A DNA stretch of 64,000 nt from an uncultured delta proteobacterium (GTDB lineage Bacteria; Desulfobacterota; Binatia; Binatales; Binataceae). The notes beneath the pieces were generated by a model, which made no database searches, was not told the DNA's origin, and was given only the letters and a program-made list of their open reading frames with translations. Both the position numbers and the translations under genes were made by a program. The stretch covers positions 960,001-1,024,000 of the forward strand of contig CAWJET010000002.1 in the NCBI GenBank assembly GCA_963842085.1, given 5' to 3'. Shown one piece after another: positions 27,320 to 37,236 of this stretch (positions are counted from its first letter, which is position 1; every line of letters begins with the position of its first letter).

Positions 27320-28864
27320 TCAACTCTGCCCGCCGCCGAGTTCCGCCGCAATCTCGCGGACCACGACTCGATCGTCGAACGGGAGCACGCGCCCCGCCAC
27401 CAACTGATAGTCCTCGTGTCCCTTGCCCGCGATCAAAACTGCGTCGCCCGGCGTCGCAATTCTTAGCGCAATCGCTATTGCCTTGCGCCGATCCGGCTCC
27501 ACGATGTATCCGCCGCTCATCGACGCGTCCGCAAATTCTTTCCCGTTCCCGATTCGCGCACGTCCCGCACCGATCAGCCCCTGCTCGACCTCGGCGATTA
27601 TAGCCATCGGATCTTCGCTGCGCGGATTGTCGGAGGTCAGCAGCGGGATATCCGCGAGCCGTCCCGCAATCTCACCCATGAGCGGACGCTTGCCGCGGTC
27701 GCGATCGCCGCCGCATCCGAACACGCAGATGATCCTGCCCGTGCGCAAACGCCGGAGCGCCGTCAAAACGGCTTCCAGCGCGTCCGGCTTGTGCGCGTAA
27801 TCGACCAGCACCGTGACCCCCGTTTTCGTTTTCGTTGGGACCACTTCGAGTCTGCCGGGGGCCCCTGGGCATCGCCGCACCCCATCCGCCACCGCCTCCA
27901 TATCGACACCCAGGGCCGCCGACAGAGCCGCCGCGCCCAGGATATTGAGCAAGTTGATTTCGCCGATCAGCGGCGATTCGATTTCGATTTTTTTGCCGAG
28001 CACCGACAGTGTCGCGCGAATCCCGCTCAGGTCCGCGTCGTAGTTTTCGGGATAAGCGTCGAGCGAATGGTCCAGCCCGAAACTAATCTTCGAGCCCTTG
28101 ACCGCTTCGAGCACGCGCCGCCCGAACGGATCGTCACCGCGCACGACCGCGACCGTGTCCGCGCGCTTGCTGCGCGGGAGTATCTCAGTGAACAGCCGCA
28201 GTTTGGCCGCGAAGTAGTCTTCGATCGTCCCGTGGTAGTCCAGGTGGTCGCGGCCGAGGTTGGTGAACATGCAGGCGCGGAAGCTCAGCGCGTCGACGCG
28301 CCCTTCGGCCAATCCAATCGACGATACTTCCGCCGCCGCGTGACCCACGCCTTCGCGCTCCATCCGCGCCAGCGCGGATTCGAAGTCGATCGACTCGGGC
28401 GTAGTCAGTCCGCTGTAGATTTTCCTGCCCCCAATGAAAATTCCAATCGTGCCGATGATCCCCGCGGGCATCCCGGCCGCCTCGAAGATCGACGCGACGA
28501 TGTAGCTGGTCGTGGTCTTGCCGCTGGTCCCGGTGATGCCGATCAAATCGACGCGCTCGCTCGGCGCTCCGAAAAAACGCGACGCGGTCGCGCCCATCAG
28601 CAGGCGCGGCCGCTCGCTCTCCACCAGGGTCGCCGCGGGGCGCGCCATTCCGCCGTCCCATCCCCCAACCACCACAGCGCGCGCCCCACGGTTTAATGCA
28701 TCCTCAATGTTCGCCCGGTTCCGCTTTGGGTCGCGGGCCGTCGAGAAATATAGATGACCGGGCCTCGTCTGACGCGAGTCGTAGCTGAGGCCCGTGATTT
28801 CCACGTTCAGGTCGCCGTCGATTCGACGGACGTCGAGTCCTTCGAGTAATTCACCAAGTTTCAC
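27320..28864 (-). CDS. murE: UDP-MurNAc-tripeptide synthetase (meso-DAP type)
   Basis: TGTSGKTT, LTTPES, DHLDYH, DYAHKPDAL, GCGGDRD, DNPR and AGKGHEDYQ. Confidence 0.97.
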   Translation of the reverse strand: MKLGELLEGLDVRRIDGDLNVEITGLSYDSRQTRPGHLYFSTARDPKRNRANIEDALNRGARAVVVGGWDGGMARPAATLVESERPRLLMGATASRFFGAPSERVDLIGITGTSGKTTTSYIVASIFEAAGMPAGIIGTIGIFIGGRKIYSGLTTPESIDFESALARMEREGVGHAAAEVSSIGLAEGRVDALSFRACMFTNLGRDHLDYHGTIEDYFAAKLRLFTEILPRSKRADTVAVVRGDDPFGRRVLEAVKGSKISFGLDHSLDAYPENYDADLSGIRATLSVLGKKIEIESPLIGEINLLNILGAAALSAALGVDMEAVADGVRRCPGAPGRLEVVPTKTKTGVTVLVDYAHKPDALEAVLTALRRLRTGRIICVFGCGGDRDRGKRPLMGEIAGRLADIPLLTSDNPRSEDPMAIIAEVEQGLIGAGRARIGNGKEFADASMSGGYIVEPDRRKAIAIALRIATPGDAVLIAGKGHEDYQLVAGRVLPFDDRVVVREIAAELGGGQS

Positions 28865-30939
28865 TTTCGCCTGACGGGCGATGCGCCGCCGCCGCTGAAA
28901 TACGATGCGGGCACGACGCCGGGTTCTGTCGCCGCGCCTTCTGCGCCGTCGGCAATGATCGGCGCCAGCGTCAGTTTCACTGTCGCGTGATTCAGCGGCG
29001 CGCCGGCGCCCGGCTCCTGCGCGACCACGTAGCCGCCGCCGTGCACATCGACGTTGACGCGCGAGACGCGCGCCAACTCCATCGCGCGCCTGAGACTGAG
29101 TCCCGCGAAATTCGGCGTCGCCCGCGTCAGCTTCGAGCCCGTCAGCACAGGAAGATAGTCGTCCACGTCCGCCGCCGTCGCCGCAGCGCTTTTCCGGTCC
29201 GAGTCTTTGCCGAAATCGGGCAGCGGAACCATGCTGGCGGTATCGTAGGGCGGACTCGGCGCCGTGATATTCAAATCGCGGACAGCGCCCTGCGCAATTT
29301 CGCTGAACACCGGCGCCGCGATCAACCCGCCGAAATGCTCGTGGCCCACGTCGTACAGAGCCACCAGAATCAGCAGGCGCGGATCGTCCGCCGGCAAAAA
29401 TCCCACGAACGACGAGACATGCCGATTCTGATAGTAGGTGCCGTTTTCCGGATTCACCATCTGCGCCGTGCCAGTCTTGCCCGCGACGATAAATCCGTCA
29501 ACGCGCGCCTTCGCCGCCGTGCCGCCGTCGGACATCACGACGTTGCGCAGCAGCAGGTTCATCCGATGCGCGATATCGGGCGCAATCGCGCGACGAATTA
29601 CTTGCGGCGTATGCGTCAGGATCGCGCGCCCCTCCGCGTCGTAGGCGGCCTTCACCACGTACGGGCGGACGATATTTCCGCCGTTTGCGATCGCCGCATA
29701 CGCCACTGCGAGCTGGATTGGTGTGACTGCGACGCCCTGCCCAAAACCGTGATTGGCAAGATCGATTTCCTTCCATCCCGCCGGCTTGCTCATCAGCCCC
29801 GGCGCTTCGCCGGGCAAATCGATTCCAGTGCGCGATCCGATCCCAAACGCGCGCAGTCCCTCGTAGTAGCGCTCCGAGCCGAGCGTCAACGCGATCTTCG
29901 CCGCGCCGATATTCGATGACACTTCGATTATGCCGCCGAGATTGAGCCATCCGTGAGGGCTGTGATCGTGGATGGTGCGGCGGTCGAGCGTGAAGTGCCC
30001 GTTCTCGCAATAGATCTGCTTGTCGACTGTGATCGCGTTGTCGGCCAGCGCGATCGAGCCGAGGATTCCCTTCATCGTCGAGCCCGGCTCGAACGCGTCC
30101 TCCACCGCCGGGTTGTGCAGCCGGTCATGAAGGTCGGCCCCGCCGGCGCTGACGTTCGCCATCGCGATCACTTCGCCGGTGAATGGATCGAGCACAATTG
30201 CGCTGCCGCGCTTCGCGCCGCTCGCCTTCACTTCCGCCGCCAATTCGGTTTCGGCGAGCGACTGGATTGACGAGTCGATCGTCAGCTCGAGCTGCGCGCC
30301 CGGCTCCGGCGCCTTGAGCGCCAGCGGGCTGTCGAAAATAGGATGGCCCTGCGCGTCATGATCGAAACTCAGCTCGACCGCTTCACCGCGCGCGAGCTTG
30401 TCATACTGCAACTCCAACCCGGAGAGCCCCTGGCCGTCCATCCCCGCCAACCCCACCACCGACGCGGCCAGGTTGCTCTCCGGGTAAAACCGCTTGTATT
30501 CGCTGACGGTGCCGATACCGTCGATGCCGAGCGCTTCCACCGCCTGCGCCTTGTCCGGCGGAAGTCGCCGCTCGAGCCACACGAATGGCGCGTCCTTTTT
30601 CAGCTTCGATTCGAGCGAAATCGGCATCATCATCAGGATTGCCGCGAGCTTGCCGCGCTCGGCCGGCGTGCTCGACTCGAGCACCCGCTTGGGCCGCGCG
30701 TAAACCGACCGCGTCTCGGCCGACAGCGCGAGCGGCTCGCCGTTGCGATCGACGATCGGTCCGCGCACCGCCGCGAGTTCGGTTTCTCCGGTATGCTCGT
30801 GGCGCGCGAGCGAGTTCAAGCGCGGGCCGTACAGCGCCACCAGCACCACCAGCCGGACGACCGCGAAGCCGAACAACCCCGCCAGCGCAAACGTGAGTGC
30901 TCCGATTCGGGCGCGCCGCTGCTTGAACGATGTATTCAT
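28861..30939 (-). CDS. ftsI: Class B PBP FtsI with C-terminal PASTA domain
   Basis: RGPIVDRNG, EPGSTMK, SSN and GKTGTAQ; PASTA-like PNFAGLSLRRA..VVAQEP. Confidence 0.95.
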   Translation of the reverse strand: MNTSFKQRRARIGALTFALAGLFGFAVVRLVVLVALYGPRLNSLARHEHTGETELAAVRGPIVDRNGEPLALSAETRSVYARPKRVLESSTPAERGKLAAILMMMPISLESKLKKDAPFVWLERRLPPDKAQAVEALGIDGIGTVSEYKRFYPESNLAASVVGLAGMDGQGLSGLELQYDKLARGEAVELSFDHDAQGHPIFDSPLALKAPEPGAQLELTIDSSIQSLAETELAAEVKASGAKRGSAIVLDPFTGEVIAMANVSAGGADLHDRLHNPAVEDAFEPGSTMKGILGSIALADNAITVDKQIYCENGHFTLDRRTIHDHSPHGWLNLGGIIEVSSNIGAAKIALTLGSERYYEGLRAFGIGSRTGIDLPGEAPGLMSKPAGWKEIDLANHGFGQGVAVTPIQLAVAYAAIANGGNIVRPYVVKAAYDAEGRAILTHTPQVIRRAIAPDIAHRMNLLLRNVVMSDGGTAAKARVDGFIVAGKTGTAQMVNPENGTYYQNRHVSSFVGFLPADDPRLLILVALYDVGHEHFGGLIAAPVFSEIAQGAVRDLNITAPSPPYDTASMVPLPDFGKDSDRKSAAATAADVDDYLPVLTGSKLTRATPNFAGLSLRRAMELARVSRVNVDVHGGGYVVAQEPGAGAPLNHATVKLTLAPIIADGAEGAATEPGVVPASYFSGGGASPVRRK

Positions 30940-31244
30940 GGAAGCATCACCACCTGCCCACGCGCGGGCGGCGCCAGATGATACTGCGGCGCGAGCGCAC
31001 GCAACCTGTCGTGCGAGCTAAGCTGCGCAGCCGTCAGGCGCAGCCTGCGATTTTCGTCCTGCAGCTTCGCGATCTCATCGTGCAGCGCCGAAAGACGATA
31101 GCCTTCCTGCGTCACTTCCAGCCGAATCATCAGCGTCGCGAATCCCACCGCTGCGATCAGCGTGCCCAGCACGGCCGGCACCACCTTCGACGGCCGCCTG
31201 GTCGGCTTAACCCGCGCGCTCATCGTGCGCTCCGTTCGATACAT
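30936..31244 (-). CDS. ftsL: FtsL-like cell division protein
   Basis: TM plus coiled coil, between rsmH and ftsI; true start may be ATG 31223. Confidence 0.8.
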   Translation of the reverse strand: MYRTERTMSARVKPTRRPSKVVPAVLGTLIAAVGFATLMIRLEVTQEGYRLSALHDEIAKLQDENRRLRLTAAQLSSHDRLRALAPQYHLAPPARGQVVMLP

Positions 31245-32143
31245 CGGATCCGCGCGCTGCGCGCGCGCGGGTTGCGCGAAGTTTCCGTCGGCGACGGCTT
31301 GATCACCTTGCGCGCTATCGCCGCATAACCACCCGCGCGAACCAGCTGACGAAAGCGCTCCTTTACCGGACGGTCTTCGAGCGAGTGATACGAGATGACC
31401 AGCATCCGCCCGCCCGGATTGAGCATCGCGGGGCCGTCGCGCAGAAGCGCTGCGAGACTTTCCATCTCGTGATTCACCGCGATTCGCAGCGCCTGGAAGG
31501 TGCGCGTCGCCGGATGCGTCCCGCCGCGCCGATGCGCTCCCAGCGCCCGCTCGACGATTGCGCGCAATTCGCCCGTCGTCTCGATTGGACTTCGCCGGCG
31601 AGCCTCGACGATCATCCGCGCAATCCGCCGCGACCCGCGCTCCTCGCCATACATATAGATGATGCGCGCGAGCTCCTCCGCGCTCTCTTCATTGACGATG
31701 TCCCGCGCGCGGAGCGTCTGCCGAGTGTCCATGCGCATGTCGAGCGGGCCGTCGAGCCGAAACGAGAACCCGCGACCCGGATCGTCCAGCGCGTAGCTGC
31801 TCATGCCGAGGTCGGCGAGTATCGCATCGGCGCCGTCGAAGTGATGCTGTTTCATCACCGACGCAATTTCGCCGAAGTCCGCGCGCTCGAGCACGACCCG
31901 ATCGCCGAACTCCGCCAGCCGGTCGCGCGCGACGGCCAGCGCCGCCGCGTCGCGATCCAGCCCGAGCATCCGCACCTTCGTGGCGCGGAGCATCGCCGCC
32001 GCATGCCCACCCGTGCCGACCGTCACGTCGACGAACGCGAGCGGACCGTGTGCGGACAGCAGCCCGCACACCTCCTCCACCATCACCGGCACATGCCTCC
32101 GGTCCGCCGCGTCGTCTTCGTGTATCGCCGCCAGACTCATCAC
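31220..32143 (-). CDS. rsmH: 16S rRNA m4C1402 methyltransferase
   Basis: HVPVM, DLGMSS, GPLDMRMD, ATRTFQALRIAVN, SYHSLEDR and NPRARSA. Confidence 0.97.
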   Translation of the reverse strand: MMSLAAIHEDDAADRRHVPVMVEEVCGLLSAHGPLAFVDVTVGTGGHAAAMLRATKVRMLGLDRDAAALAVARDRLAEFGDRVVLERADFGEIASVMKQHHFDGADAILADLGMSSYALDDPGRGFSFRLDGPLDMRMDTRQTLRARDIVNEESAEELARIIYMYGEERGSRRIARMIVEARRRSPIETTGELRAIVERALGAHRRGGTHPATRTFQALRIAVNHEMESLAALLRDGPAMLNPGGRMLVISYHSLEDRPVKERFRQLVRAGGYAAIARKVIKPSPTETSRNPRARSARIRCIERSAR

Positions 32144-32146
32144 TCG

Positions 32147-32596
32147 TCACAAACCCAGCTTCGCAAAAAATTCCGGATCGGTTATTTTTTCCTCGGTGGC
32201 CTTCAGAACCTTGCCGAGAGTCTGCTTGTCCCAAAGTTGAAAATGATCCCGGCGCGCCGAGAACGTCACCTCGCGATCCAGCCGCGCGTAATCGCGCAGG
32301 TTGGTCGGAATCAGAATCCGTCCCTGGCGATCGACGGGCACCTCATGCGCCCCGCCGATAAACATTGTCTCGAACGCCTGCACCTGCGGATCGAATCGCG
32401 GCATGGTCTCCAGATGCGCATTGAGCTTGTCCCACTGACTCGGCGGATAGAGGGCCAGGCAGCGCTCTCCAGCGTAGGGGAAATTTGTGATATACAAACG
32501 ATCGTGATTCTCGCGCTGCAAAACTTCGCGAAATCGGGCCGGGATGCTCACCCTCCCTTTCTCATCGATCGAATGGTCGAACCGGCCGCTGAACAC
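32147..32596 (-). CDS. mraZ: Transcriptional regulator MraZ
   Basis: FSGRFDHSIDEKGRVSIP and DRQGRILIP. Confidence 0.96.
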   Translation of the reverse strand: MFSGRFDHSIDEKGRVSIPARFREVLQRENHDRLYITNFPYAGERCLALYPPSQWDKLNAHLETMPRFDPQVQAFETMFIGGAHEVPVDRQGRILIPTNLRDYARLDREVTFSARRDHFQLWDKQTLGKVLKATEEKITDPEFFAKLGL

Positions 32597-32615
32597 CGCA
32601 TTCCCTCCCGAGCGT

Positions 32616-32649
32616 CCCACAACATCCCACTCTGCCCCACTTCAGTCAA
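32616..32649 (-). promoter_or_regulatory. MraZ-binding repeats and -35 element
   Basis: Three GTGGG repeats with a 10-nt period (32640, 32630, 32620) and TTGACT at 32649-32644. Confidence 0.85.
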
Positions 32650-32920
32650 GCAATTCGCGCGTCCCGCGATGCAGTAAACTGACTATTAGCTCAAATAGTC
32701 AGTAACGAAGAAAAAGCGAAACTGAGATGTGGTCTGGCTATTCGCTGCGAAGCAAATTCGGTTGAAACATTCGAGCATTCCGGCAACCTGGGCGTTCACT
32801 GAAAAAACCCCAGCTTGACAGCGACGCCATTCATTGGCGAAACTCGCGCCGATTCACAGGCCGATCCACCACATCAGAATCAACACGCCTCAAGCTCATC
32901 GGGGCAGAGAGAGAGGATAG

Positions 32921-33715
32921 ATGAAGACGGGAAATTCTTGGCTGCGAATCGCCGCGGTCGTCGCAGCAGGCGTAACAGTGACAGTCCTAATCATCAGCCC
33001 AGCCGCACATTCAAGGCAGAGAAAGAAAAAGGAAGCCGCGGAACCTACTGCGACCCTGACGCCGACCGCCACCCCGACCCCCGAAGTTCACCTATGGAAT
33101 TTCGATCAGGACAAAGCGGGCACCGTGCCCGCGGGATGGAAAGCGCTCGAAGGCGATTGGCAGGTCATTCCCGACCCGACCGCGCCCAGCAAGCCCAATA
33201 CATTCGGCTTGCCCGCCGGCCGCCTAATCAAGTCGCTGACCAACGCTCTGGCGTATTATCCAATGGCAATTGAAACGGATCCGACTGAGTATGCCGACTT
33301 TACTCTCGAAGCTCAGTTCCAATCGGTCGGCGGACGTTTCGATTGTTCCGGCGGTCTCATCTTCCGCTACGTCGACGAGAAAAACTTTTACCTGCTTTCC
33401 GCCGGATGCCCGAGCGATTACTTCGCCCTCTCGCGCATGACCAACGGACAGCTCGCAACCCTCAAGCAGAGCGTCGTGCCGACCGACAAGAACACCTGGT
33501 ACCGGCTCAAGGTCACAGCCCAGGGTGGACACTTCATGTGCTATGACGACGACAAGATGATCTTTGATTACGACGACAGCAAAATAGCCAAAGGCAAAAT
33601 CGGAGTCTGGGCGTCCGACGATTCGCAGGCGGAATTCGACGACGTGAAACTCACGGTCATCGGCTCAGGCGATAGCGGAGCAAGTCCCGCCCCTGCCGCC
33701 GCGTCGTCGCCGTAG
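32921..33715 (+). CDS. Exported protein with DUF1080/3-keto-disaccharide hydrolase-like jelly-roll domain
   Basis: Signal peptide, PT linker, WNFD..G.VPAGW, GGLIFRYVDEKNFY, WYRLKV and GKIGVW...FDDV. Confidence 0.7.
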   Translation: MKTGNSWLRIAAVVAAGVTVTVLIISPAAHSRQRKKKEAAEPTATLTPTATPTPEVHLWNFDQDKAGTVPAGWKALEGDWQVIPDPTAPSKPNTFGLPAGRLIKSLTNALAYYPMAIETDPTEYADFTLEAQFQSVGGRFDCSGGLIFRYVDEKNFYLLSAGCPSDYFALSRMTNGQLATLKQSVVPTDKNTWYRLKVTAQGGHFMCYDDDKMIFDYDDSKIAKGKIGVWASDDSQAEFDDVKLTVIGSGDSGASPAPAAASSP

Positions 33716-33788
33716 CACTGACAGTCTTGCCGGGCGCCCGCCTGACGGTAGTTGCATGCGGGCGCCTCGCACCTTACTCTGAACCCTG

Positions 33789-34034
33789 ATGGAAGCCACC
33801 GAAGAGAAAGCGCGCGTCGAGGTCCGCATCCAGCCGTTGCGCGGCTTCGAACTTTTCAAGGAAGTCGCCGGCGGAGTTGGCCGCACGCTGGGTCTGACGC
33901 TGTTGTGGGGACTCGAGATCGTGCGCGATTCGTACTTCCGCCTGCTCGATCGTCTTAACGTCCGTCCGCGCCACAAACGCGCGAGCGCGTTCCCGCCCGG
34001 CCAGCCAAAAAAACACAACGCCCGCTCGCGCTAG
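33789..34034 (+). CDS. Small hypothetical protein
   Basis: 81-aa ORF with host-like codon usage filling the intergenic gap. Confidence 0.55.
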   Translation: MEATEEKARVEVRIQPLRGFELFKEVAGGVGRTLGLTLLWGLEIVRDSYFRLLDRLNVRPRHKRASAFPPGQPKKHNARSR

Positions 34035-34097
34035 CTGGAGTCGGCGCCGCTCACCTTGATTTGATCGCCTCAATCGCCGGTGGCCGGCCCGCTCGGC

Positions 34098-36479
34098 CTA
34101 ACCGCCGGCCCTATTCTCCTCCAGCACCTGCGCCAGGTACCGTGCCAGCTTGTCGTCGAGCACCCGCACCAGCGCGTCGGTCTGCGCGGCTTGGGTGATC
34201 TTCAGGAATCCTTCCAGGCGATGCTCGCGGTCATGATCGCGAATCAGCCGCGCGATCATGGTTTGCGACAGCGCCGTCAGCTTGATCTCGAGCGCACGCC
34301 GAATTTCTTCCATCGCAGCTTCGAGTTCCACCTGTGGCGACGACGCGCCAAGCTGAAACCCGCAACTCGAACATCGCGGCGTCGTCTCGGGCGCGATTGC
34401 GTCCCCGAGTTCGCATCGCACGACGCGCGCGCTGAGCTCCGAGACTTGCGCTCCCAGGTGCGCGCCTTCCGGCCGGCCCAGCGCGGCGATCGCGTTGAGC
34501 CGCGCGAGCGCATCGAAATACCGCCGCGCGTCTCCCGCAACCGACTCGAGCCGCTCCATCTTCACACGCCATCGCGCATGCGCGCTCAGGTAACACTGCA
34601 CGTAGGTCCATTTGAATTTTTGAAACCGCGCTTCCAGTGCATCGAGGCTGCGCGGCGGAGCCATCAGGATGCGCGGCCCCAGCTCGACCGCGAGCAGTTC
34701 GCATTCCGTCTCCAACGCCGTCAGCGCCGATTCGCGCGCGCCATTTTCGGTTGCTCCCGCTTCGTCGCGCGCGGCGCGCAGTCCCGTCGCTGCCAGGTAC
34801 TCGCGCATCGCGCGCATCCGCGGTATTGCCGCGGCCGCCGCCGCCAGCGCCTCGTACGCGTCCACGACTTGGATCGCCGCTGCGAGGTACGACCGATCGG
34901 CAGCGGCCTCGAGCATCGCCGCCGCGCCCGATTCCGCCAGCGCTACATATTCAGCGATCGCCTTGCGATTAGCCGGGGGCAGCTCGACCTTCGATTCCCC
35001 GAGCACCGACGCGAGCACCTCGCGCGTGTGGGTCGCGGCCTCGACCGCCAGCGCCATCGCGGCCTCGAGCTGTTTCAGCCGAGCCTCCAACGTATCGCGG
35101 TCGCGCGCCGGCGCGAGCCGCGGCTCGAATCGCCGCGCGAGCACCAGCGCCGCGTTGAACGCCGCCAGCTCCGGCGCGCCTGCCGCTTCGGGGTCGAAGC
35201 GGGCCGCGTCGTGATCGAAGCGGATCACGCCGCCGGTCGATACCTCCAACTTTCGCATCAATTCGCGCACCGCCCGGGTCGCGCCTTCCTGCGGCGTGTC
35301 GCCGCACGCGACCATCGGCACTCGCGACTTCAGTTGTTCGAGCGCGAGCGCCGCCGTGCCGTCACACACATTCTGGACGAGCAGCGAGTCGACTATTTCG
35401 CGCGCGAGGTCCTTCTCGTAGCCGTCCATGCGGGCGAGCGTGTCGCGTGCGATCTTCCATGCGGCGCGTCCGGATTCGGCAAGCAGAGTCTCGAGCTGCC
35501 TGGAAATCGCCGCGTTCATCGTCAGATCGGGCGGATAGATAAGCCGCGCTGGAAATTCGCCGCCGGCGCCGTCGAAAGGCGGCGACGTTAACACTTCGCG
35601 CGCCAGGCGCGATAACGATACGACCGCGGCGGGATCGGGCTTCTTGCCGTCCGGGTTCGGAGCGGTGGCGATCGTCCGAAGCGCGCTCAGCGCCGCCGGG
35701 TGGAACGGGAAGATCGCGTCAGGCGCCAATCCGGCCGTATCTACTCCCGCATACGCGCCGTCGGCGTCGAGCCCGGCGTCTTCGACCAGCCGCCGTGCGC
35801 GCCGCACTGCGATAATCGTTTCCTCGTTGGCGTCGAGCGGCGCCACCGAAAGCGCACGAGCCGCTGGCGGAGCCATCGCGCGCCCGGACGCGATCACGGT
35901 GAATTTTACCTGCCGGAACGACGCAGCGACCTCGGCCAGCATCGTGAAGAAATCTCCCACCGCCTCGCACCGCGACAGGCCAAAGTCAATCGCAACGGTT
36001 ACCGCCCGGACTCCTGTCCGCCGCGCGCTCTCCAGCGCCACGTTCAACGCGGCCGCCCCGCGCATCTGTCGGAAAATATCGCCCGAACGCGGGTCGCCGC
36101 CGATTTGTTCCGCTAGCGCGCTCAGCAGGTACAGCTCGACCTCCGCCCCATCGACGCGCCCCGCCAGCTCAAGCCCGCACACCTGCCGCCGCGCATTTTG
36201 CGCTTTGAGCGCGCCCGCCCGGTTTTGCAGCGCGACGACATAGTTAAGGAAATGGGTCTTGCCACATCCCGCCGGCCCGTCAATCCAGAACACTCCCCCA
36301 TCCGGCTCGGCAATGTGTTGATTGAGGACCTCCCACGAGCGCTCGGCCGCGCGCGTCAATACGTAGCTCGACACGGTCGAGGCGCGCGGCGAAGTCTGCA
36401 GTTCCATCCGCTCGGGCAGAGGCGGCTCGAGTTCGAACCAACGCCGCGCGTGCCGTCCCCCCCGCTTTGCCAGTTCCAT
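34098..36479 (-). CDS. P-loop ATPase-like protein, BrxC/DUF6079-like (divergent)
   Basis: SYVLT..GPAGCGKTHFL Walker A, IFPFHP and C-terminal C..PRCSSCGF Zn-ribbon-like motif. Confidence 0.6.
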   Translation of the reverse strand: MELAKRGGRHARRWFELEPPLPERMELQTSPRASTVSSYVLTRAAERSWEVLNQHIAEPDGGVFWIDGPAGCGKTHFLNYVVALQNRAGALKAQNARRQVCGLELAGRVDGAEVELYLLSALAEQIGGDPRSGDIFRQMRGAAALNVALESARRTGVRAVTVAIDFGLSRCEAVGDFFTMLAEVAASFRQVKFTVIASGRAMAPPAARALSVAPLDANEETIIAVRRARRLVEDAGLDADGAYAGVDTAGLAPDAIFPFHPAALSALRTIATAPNPDGKKPDPAAVVSLSRLAREVLTSPPFDGAGGEFPARLIYPPDLTMNAAISRQLETLLAESGRAAWKIARDTLARMDGYEKDLAREIVDSLLVQNVCDGTAALALEQLKSRVPMVACGDTPQEGATRAVRELMRKLEVSTGGVIRFDHDAARFDPEAAGAPELAAFNAALVLARRFEPRLAPARDRDTLEARLKQLEAAMALAVEAATHTREVLASVLGESKVELPPANRKAIAEYVALAESGAAAMLEAAADRSYLAAAIQVVDAYEALAAAAAAIPRMRAMREYLAATGLRAARDEAGATENGARESALTALETECELLAVELGPRILMAPPRSLDALEARFQKFKWTYVQCYLSAHARWRVKMERLESVAGDARRYFDALARLNAIAALGRPEGAHLGAQVSELSARVVRCELGDAIAPETTPRCSSCGFQLGASSPQVELEAAMEEIRRALEIKLTALSQTMIARLIRDHDREHRLEGFLKITQAAQTDALVRVLDDKLARYLAQVLEENRAGG

Positions 36480-36576
36480 CGGACAAGACTATCGCAGCAG
36501 TCAGCATCAAAATGTCATGTTATGCCGACCAAAATGTCGACTTTCTGTTACTCGGAGCACCAACTCGCGCTTTCTT

Positions 36577-37236
36577 CTAGTCGATCCGAATCAGTTTGTG
36601 CTTGATCGCGTATCGCACTATTGCCGCCGTCGAGCGCAGCTCGAGCTTCCGCTTGAGATTGTCACGATGCGCCTGCGCGGTCTTCACGCTGATGCCCAGT
36701 CGTCGCGCGACCTCCTTGGTAGTCGCGCCCTCGCCGATCAGCTTGAGCACTTCGCGCTCGCGGCGCGTCGGAGTCGCGGCGTGCGAGGTGTTCGGCGGCG
36801 CGCCATTGCGCAGTCGCGCAAGCACGATCGGCGCGATGGTCGGGCTCAGATAGCGCCGCCCCGAATGAACTGCCCGCACCGCGGTCAGCAATTCAGCCGC
36901 CGCATCGGTCTTGACCACGTAGCCCGCGGCGCCCGCATCGCCGAGCGCCTCGAGCACGCATTCTTCGTCCTCGTATTGGCTGAGCATCAGCACCTTGCAT
37001 GCCGGCGCTTCTTTGGCGATTCGACGCGCCGCCGATATTCCGCCGATTCCCGGCATCCCGATGTCCATCACGACCACCTGCGGCTTGAGTTGCGCGGCAA
37101 TCGCGGCGGCCTGCTCGCCATCCGACGCTTCGGCGATCACCTCGCACTCCGCCGCGAGCACCGAGCGCAGTGCCTCGCGCAGGATCCGATGGTCATCGGC
37201 GAGCAGCACGCGAATCCGCTCGCGACTCTCCGTCAT
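36577..37236 (-). CDS. NarL/LuxR family response regulator
   Basis: LLADDH, VMDIGMPG, YVVK and TRREREVLKLIGEG..ISVKTAQAHR. Confidence 0.95.
   Translation of the reverse strand: MTESRERIRVLLADDHRILREALRSVLAAECEVIAEASDGEQAAAIAAQLKPQVVVMDIGMPGIGGISAARRIAKEAPACKVLMLSQYEDEECVLEALGDAGAAGYVVKTDAAAELLTAVRAVHSGRRYLSPTIAPIVLARLRNGAPPNTSHAATPTRREREVLKLIGEGATTKEVARRLGISVKTAQAHRDNLKRKLELRSTAAIVRYAIKHKLIRID

Noticed and set aside
24885-27323. 812-aa ORF suggesting a MurD fusion (also extended starts for murG, ftsZ, panE, MFS and the acyl-CoA ligase)
   Set aside because: The N-terminal extensions overlap upstream genes in another frame; the real starts are internal
34098-36479. Complete BREX system
   Set aside because: No pglZ, methyltransferase or other brx genes in the window
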